Shown here: positions 56,466-64,000 of the stretch, one piece after another | Layout: every line of letters begins with the position of its first letter | How positions within the stretch are numbered: the first letter of the stretch is position 1 | Assembly: GCA_964016885.1 (NCBI GenBank) | Contig: OZ024746.1 | Coordinates: 46,996,001-47,060,000, forward strand | DNA: 64,000 nucleotides | Direction: 5' to 3' | From: Eledone cirrhosa | Taxonomy: Eukaryota | The notes under the pieces: model-generated | Databases searched by the model: none | What the model was told of the DNA's origin: nothing | The model's input: only the letters and a program-made list of their open reading frames with translations | Translations under genes and position numbers: made by a program

Positions 56466-56973
56466 CACAATAGTTATCGAGTGGGTCAGTATTTTATTAA
56501 TTTTGTCACATGTGATATCTACGTTCGATGTTTATTTCTCACCTTTTATTTGATTCTATATTATTCTTTACTCCCTGTTATATACTTAATTCCTTATGTA
56601 TTCTGGGCGGGAATTTTATTATTTATCTAAATTAGCATTCATTATTTTTGTTCTTCTGATATTATCCATGTATATTCTGTATTTTTATATATTTTATAGT
56701 ATTCTATATTTTTATAACATTGTTCATGTATGTGTATTTTTAAATACTGACCATTCATACATGCTAATATCTCAGACTTTCCTATCTTTCCCTCTTGCTT
56801 CTTTCCTTTCTTTTTTGTTCTCGTCTTTCCTAGCCCCCACATGTCTCATAAACGTACTATTATACCACCAGAAAACGTATAAATATCACCATGACAGTTG
56901 GCTTTCCTGATGATTTCCTTCGAATGAAACAGTTCTGTAGAAGCCATTTGTATATATATATATATATATATAT

Positions 56974-57161
56974 AATTGTTTCTACTTTTGGCACAGGCCA
57001 GCAATTACCCAGTGTATTACTGGTACTTTATTTTATCGACCCCGTAAGGATGAAAGGCAAAGTTAACCTCGGCGGGATTTGAACTCAGATCATAAAGGGC
57101 CGTAACTCTTTGCTGCAAAGCATGGCGTCTGACCCTCTACCGATACTGCCAATCCACCGTC
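56974..57161 (-). mobile_element. Full-length tRNA-derived SINE
   Basis: Close match to 1321-1507, with A and B boxes. Confidence 0.9.
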
Positions 57162-57972
57162 ATATATGGGCCTTGAAACTAAGGTAGCGCATTACATGTT
57201 TCGTATATGAGTTATCATAATAAATAATATATATACAGAGAGAGAGAGACAAGCAAACATGTAGAGAAAGATTTAGAGTAACTTTTCTATGACAAAATCT
57301 GTCAATATGCAGGATCGATAGACGCTGCCTTATTAAAACTTCAACTGTTTTCCTCACTAAAATATATCTTCAAACGTTTGTCTCTATTCTCATGTATCGG
57401 AGCTAAATTTCTAGTCATTCTCGTCACTGAACCTATTTTTGAAACAATTCCTATCTATCTTGAAATCGATCGTTTTTTACAAACACACGCGCAAACATGC
57501 ACACACACATACACATATACACATACAGAGGTTGCCTTTATATTCATTAACAAATAGATACATCTTTCTTTCTGGTGTTTGATGTGTATAATTCAGTGAC
57601 ATTTGAAATGAAAAACTGGAAGAGATACAACATAATTTAAAACGAACTCTCCCTACCTCTTTATCTATCTGTCTCTCGATATTTCAATGTATAACCATGT
57701 ACATATTTGTTTATCAAACATATGCCAATACGACAGAAATAATTATATGAAAGCGTGGTTTTTGATCGGCCTGATAACCAAAAATATCGCATAACACTTT
57801 ATAGAATGTAGTTTCTAGATTTCTTAAATTTTTTCGAAAGATTTTTATGGTTTAACTCATTGATTCTGTTGGCCAACACGATAGCAACGTATTAGATGTC
57901 ACCAAATATCATTTATATTCCATAAATCTCGCATTCTCCAAGGAAATATTCAGGGAATTATACATCCCCACC

Positions 57973-58033
<61 letters not shown>

Positions 58034-58035
58034 TG

Positions 58036-58140
<105 letters not shown>

Positions 58141-58212
58141 GGGGGGGATAGAAAGAGAGAGAGGCAGACAGACAGAGATGCATGCATACATATATACATA
58201 CATACATACATA

Positions 58213-60150
58213 CAAAATATCGCAGGGGTATATTTCAGGGAGACAGTCTCTCTGTAATATTATTCATCCTGTCATTAAACCCCTTGTTCTTTCTGCTTAA
58301 GAAATGTGAGGGATACATCATTGGCTCACAGGAGGACAGAAATACGAACCTAACCGATAATTTCTTTGGGGATGATCTGAAACTCTATGCCAAGAACATG
58401 GACGGGATGAAGAAAAATCTTGACCTGGTTACATCATTCTCAAAGGACATAGGAATGGAGTTTGGCCAAGATAAATGCTCATATATGACTGTAAAGCGGG
58501 GAAAAACAACAACCCAATCTAGCAACATTTGTATCAATGGCCTAACTGTTTCACCAATATCTGATGAGGATGCTACAGATACCTGGGGATAGATGAGAAC
58601 AGATCCTATAATGGTATCTGTAATAAGAAACCCGTAACCAGAACATACTACACCCGATTAAGAAAGATATGTTCATCGGAACTCTCTGCGCAAAACAAAA
58701 CAGTGGCTCACAATGTGTTTGCAGTGCCTGTCCTAACACCAACGTTTGGAATACTCAATTGGACGATAGACGAAATCCAAGCAGTTGATGTTACTCGAAA
58801 AATACTAAACAACACCGAAAACTGCCACATCAACAGTGACATAGACCGCCTTTACTTGAAACGTAAGCAGGGAGGCAGAGGCCTAACATCAGTCCAGACA
58901 GCATTTGAATGTCGCATCATATCCCTCCGACAACATCTACGAACCTCAAAGCGTAGGAGCACGTATCTCGACCAAGTCTATCTGCAGATAAGAGCATGAG
59001 AGTTGGGAAGGAACTCCTTGAGAGATATTCCCTGTATGATAATCAAAAGCTCACACACAGGGAAGTCGCTCAGCAGTATCGCAGTGAATCCATGGATGAA
59101 AAACTGCATGCTTATCAGCAAAAAATCATGCTTGGATATATGCCAGGAAGCTCAAGAGTGAGAGTAATATAGATAAGGAAAGTAGTCTATCTTGGACCAA
59201 CAACCGCTATATTGGCTTCCACTTTGAAGGAGACGCTTTTGCAATCCAAGAACAGGAAATTAACACGAAATAGCTGATTCACAAAAGAGATAGGGATGCA
59301 TGCAAAACACCTAGATGTGATAACATGTGCAGACTCTGCAGAATTAACATCGAAGATGTCTCCCATTTCATCAGCAGATGTCCAAAGATGCCATCGCGGT
59401 ACTATCTACCTATGAGGCATGATATAGTGGTCAGAACACTGTACAATGCAATCCGTAGAAAAGATAGTCCCGATAATAAACACGTTAAAAACTACAGCAA
59501 TGTGGAAGACATCCATATACATAATATGAAAGAGTACTGGTGGAATGTTCCAGTAAAGCCCCAATAAAATGCAGGCATAACAGACCAGATATTATGATAT
59601 GGGACAGGGAAAAGAAGGCATGCACAGTAGTGGAAGTTAGCTGTCCAGCAGATGCCAATATAATATCAAAGATTAGCGAAAAGGAGAATATTTATGCAGA
59701 ACTGATGAGAAATCTGTAGATACTCCACCCTGATTATACCTTCAGATTTATGCCTGGGATTATTGGGGCCCTGGGGTATGTTAGTAACTGCCTCAATACA
59801 AATCTTGAGAAGCTGGGCTTCACAGGAACAGAAAGAACACAACTAGTTAGTAAATTACAAGTACAATCCATTAATGGAACAGTAAAAATATGTAAAACAT
59901 TCCAAAAATGTTGCATCTAATAACTGCATATACACATGTAGAGATACAAAATATATACACATGCACATATACAACTCAAAACATCCACATCCACACATAC
60001 TATAACATCCATATCTAAACATGCATGCATATATACATATCTACCTAGTTTATGTTGTGTAAATTCCAATGAGAGAGTCTTTTGTCTATGTTAGAAACCG
60101 ACTCTCTAACTATTGGTAAAAATTTGTGAAATTATAAAACCAGAAGAACA
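58213..60150 (+). mobile_element. Degenerate 5'-truncated R4/Dong-type element (distinct family)
   Basis: [39 protein letters not shown]...H..S.C, RHD, HNRPD, VEVSCP; stop at ~59920; 3' UTR hairpin GAGAGTC...GACTCTC. Confidence 0.85.
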
Positions 60151-61045
60151 TCTACATAGGACTTGGTCAGAGACCATATCTTAATATCGATGCAATTAAA
60201 TCGTGAAATAAATATTGTAGACATTTAAGAACACTAAAAGTGTTCTATTGATTATTCAATCATGTAATTTTCACCGTATTTCTGCGACTAGTTAAACAAA
60301 ATGCGATAAAAATTCTGATATCAATATATATGAAGGAATATAAGACATTTTCGGTTTTTATATAGCCTCTTTCTTGTATAATAAATGTATATGTGTATTG
60401 AAAAGAACAGAGAGAAAGAGAGAGTCAGTGTGTGTTTACATAAATATATATGTGTATTTAAAGAACAAAAAGAATGAGAGTGAGAGGGGAGGGAGGGAGA
60501 GGGAGAGGGAGAGTCAGTGTGTGTGTGTGTTTACATAAATATATATGTGTATGAATGTGCATTTATGCACGTATATGTAGATATATATGTGTGTGTGCGT
60601 GTGTGTGTGTACATAATCCATGTCAAAATGAAATGATTCCCGGAGATGAAGTCGTAATGATCTTCCTTGCATTTCTCAGTTGTGTCTCTTTATCACACAT
60701 ATTTCTGTTTACTGGCTTGAAATTATACATTTCCGTCCATGTTATACGATTCTGTTGAACATTCAAATTTATGACTGCTTAATATAGACGGTGCATTGAA
60801 TCTGTATAGAGAAATAGTAGTTATTGGCTCTGGCACCTATTAATGAGAAATTGGCTTCCTCAGGAACATAAACATTGTTCAGCTCTTTGAGACTAAAACC
60901 GTATTTAATGGTTCAGTCATTAGAAAATAGAAATTTTCAGCAACGTACCTATTAAGTAAGTCTTCTAAAACCAATTTTTAGTAAGTTTGTATTTGAGATT
61001 GGTGTTACATTACCCATATACACGCATATATACAAAACTATGCAC

Positions 61046-61125
<80 letters not shown>

Positions 61126-61689
61126 TGTAACGTCCATTTATTGTAGATTCACTAAAGTGAGCACTCGGTGCGTAGTTAGCCGTAGGTATAAAGGTGTTGT
61201 ACTAAACAGAGTGTAATAACTATACCAAAAAGGAGGAGGTGCTACATCTTCATTCCATTTATTTATTGAGGAGTGACGCACGTTTCGCGATTGATCAGCT
61301 CAAGGCTCGATCTATATCGATCTGGCCCGACTCTGGAATCAAAATCTCGTCGGACTTCTGTTATGGTAATGACAGAAAGATTCCATTACTATTTGAAAAA
61401 GTACATATCAGTTTTCATTCATGCATAGTGTTCATTTTACTTCATTAAGGGAACTGGGCATCACACCTTAATAGATAGAATGAAGATCTAAAACCTCGTC
61501 CCTTTTATTATATATAGATTGGGGGCGGTACGTGGGTGAGGATAATGCTCAATGCATATTTCTAAAGCTTCTAGTTATTCATGAGAGTATCGTATTCCGT
61601 TTAGGTGAAGTACAGAAAAAAAGAAAATCATCTCAATTTAAAGTTTCTTCTGCTTATTTGTCTTCTCCTTCTTCTTCTGCTCCTCCTTT

Positions 61690-62060
61690 TCTTCTTCTTC
61701 TTCTTCTTCTTCTTCTTCTTCTTCTTCTTCTTCTTCTTCTTCTTCTTCTTCTTCTTCTTCTTCTACCATCTTGCTCGGGACCTACCCCTGGGTCTTGTTG
61801 CCGGTTGATTTTGCCCGTAAAATCTGTCCAGCGATTCTTTCATGAGACATTCTAACCACATGCCTATGGTATCAGAGCTGTGATCTCTCATATTCAAAAT
61901 GTTCCCCCAGTGTACTATTCTGTTTTTTTTTTTATTAAAATAACATATGTTGCTGCATTTGACTGCGAAAGGGTTCTCCCATAAGAAACAGGAATCCAAC
62001 ACAGATTTTATAATTCTAGAGGATATTTTCTGATCGATTAGGTTTTTTGTGTTCATAGTA
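61690..62060 (-). mobile_element. (CTT)n microsatellite with a possible decayed R4/Dong-like 3' end
   Basis: (CTT)n at 61690-61763 is certain. The adjacent minus-strand sequence loosely resembles the I..KIVLLGT..ILR C-terminus and reads into a (GAA)n tail. Confidence 0.4.
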
Positions 62061-62860
62061 TGCATTAGCAAATATAGAGATAAATATTACGATTCTATTC
62101 AAAGTCATACAAATAAGTTTCGACTTTTCCATTCCCTTTAGCTATTTGAATTATTTCAAAGAAAAACTATCATTCTCTTAATATCAGAGTTTAATAATAA
62201 AAATATCCATAATATCACAATTTTTTTTCAATTGCATAAATAAATCAATTTAGAGAAACAAATAATATAGGAAAAAGTAAGCAACTAACTAAATAATGGA
62301 GAAAAGAAAAAAGATGATAGACAGTAGAAAAGAAATTGAAAATATAAGAAATTAGAAAATTGGTGTAGCTATTGCCTCTAGAGAAGGAAACATTTATTAG
62401 TCTTCTTTTTTTTAAAGTGATCTGTGTTTTATGAAATGATGATGTGGTAGCAGACAGTAAAATTTAAACCATGTATTTTTTATTCATACAAAACGTTGAC
62501 AATTTTGTCCCGAACACATGACTAGTTGTTGGACCATTTCTTTTTGACTATTTTTCGACATCACGTTACTACTCTTCGCTTTTTAATGAGTGGAATATAA
62601 ATCAATATCAAATATTTTAAACTTTAATGTAAGAAACGATAAACTGGTTAACATTAAATTCAATATGGAATAAAAAAAAAAGAAACTCAGGATTTAATTG
62701 AAATATACAAGAAATGCATAAATATCAGCGACAAAGTCGTTGTTTATAATAAAAGACTATGAAATTTAGGATATTCATATTCCATTATATACATTTAGAA
62801 AAATAATTTAAACTGTTTATATCAGTTTTATAGTCATCAGGCATTTGTACTTTGTCTCAG

Positions 62861-63040
62861 ATTTCCGCTGCCATGATTAGAGCTTGTGACTTCTCACTTC
62901 ATGTGAAAGAGACACATTCCACTAATCAGGATATCATCCTACTTTCAACACACGTTGCGTGTAGATTTCAATATGCTCAGGCTGATAATGTGCAAACATG
63001 CGTTAACACTGCGGTACCCAGCAGGAGATACAGGACGCTG
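62861..63040 (+). CDS. Candidate 180-nt symmetric host exon, unknown product
   Basis: TTTGTACTTTGTCTCAG acceptor and CTG|GTGAGA donor; only frame 0 is open (60 codons); GC-richer island in very AT-rich unique-looking DNA. Confidence 0.3.
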
Positions 63041-64000
63041 GTGAGATGTGTATTTGGACAGCTTGACTCCTTAGCGGCATTCCTAATGTTCAGCCCTGAT
63101 TTAACTAAAATAATATATGGCAACTAACTGAAATAAATCTACTTCATTATAACAAAATGCATATATCTGCTTCAAAAGCATAATAACAAAAAATGATAAT
63201 TCTAGCTGTTAAATTCCAAATATCAACTTTCTTTTAATTTCTTTTAATTCCACTTCTATTCAAAAACAACAGCAACAATTCGCTTATTATTATAGATATT
63301 ACTGCTTCTTAAGTATCTTTCAAGAAAAAATAGAATAAGGCGTTTTAATTAACGGAATAAATTTGCGTAAATTTAACAAACAAATTAGCAAAGCTAATAA
63401 TATAACTACCAAATCACCAAAAAGAAAGCAAATCTATTATGAAAGACAATTAAATACAAAGGTGTTGTCTATTTCTAATTAAATCTATGTATAGACTCTA
63501 TAAAAACTATAGAACACTTTCTAACAACAAATATAGAAGAATACAAATATCTAATCGATAAACTTCTTAATTAAACCAAACTGTATAATGAATCAATGCA
63601 TAAAAATAACAAAATTGAGTCAATAAATAAATGATTCCAAGAAGTCCTAATTAATGACAGTTAGGTCGATAACAAAGGGAGAAAATTGGTAAATTCATTT
63701 TCAATAATATATGCAATCATTGCTTAGCTATCTCACACTAACATAGAGAATGTCCTGTAAGCAATAAATCAGCTTTTGATGAAAGACGTAAGGCGTTTAG
63801 AGACCGTACAATGGCACCCCAACGACAATTGGCACGACTTCTGTCTTTATATGGTGCTCACTTCTATTAGCGCTTGCAAAGTCTGCATACTTATTGATTT
63901 TTTTCTATTTCTTTTTCAGCTACATTGTGGTATTGAGGGATCGCAATATCAATTAGGGTCCATTTTGAGTGGTTTGTTTGTTTTTATAACAATATCAGGT

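Noticed and set aside
60061-60115. Hammerhead in the R4/Dong 3' UTR (CAATGA...GAAACCG)
   Set aside because: The GAAA lies inside the GAGAGTC/GACTCTC hairpin loop, so the topology is wrong; treated as a 3' UTR stem-loop.

Overview
AT-rich eukaryotic repeat landscape. The SINE family, the huge (TA)n arrays and the TE mix suggest an octopod cephalopod, which is an inference. No intact host gene is evident; the only candidate is a 180-nt exon at 62861-63040. The long Ile/Tyr/Cys/Val/His ORFs are microsatellite artefacts. Main contents, left to right: (1) a 5'-truncated CR1-type LINE (7239-8803) between 2.2 kb and 5.5 kb TA-rich arrays; (2) a complete Mag-like Ty3/Gypsy LTR element (14815-19740, minus) with 277-bp LTRs, an ATACA TSD, a PBS and a PPT, but with its RT YxDD motif deleted; (3) a non-autonomous Helitron carrying a 91/93-bp tandem array; (4) Penelope-like remnants with minimal type-I hammerhead ribozyme motifs, one apparently intact and two forming a 310-bp palindrome; (5) a ~20.5-kb stack (31.0-51.6 kb) of R4/Dong-type and L1-Tx1-type non-LTR retrotransposons whose intact ends abut (AAT)n; (6) many tRNA-derived SINEs. 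The most striking observation concerns the Tx1 elements. They keep a consensus G|GTAAGT splice donor at the end of ORF1, conserved in two diverged subfamilies, and a polypyrimidine-CAG acceptor in the 3' UTR. All of ORF2 therefore appears to sit inside a spliceosomal intron, which predicts an ORF1-only subgenomic mRNA.
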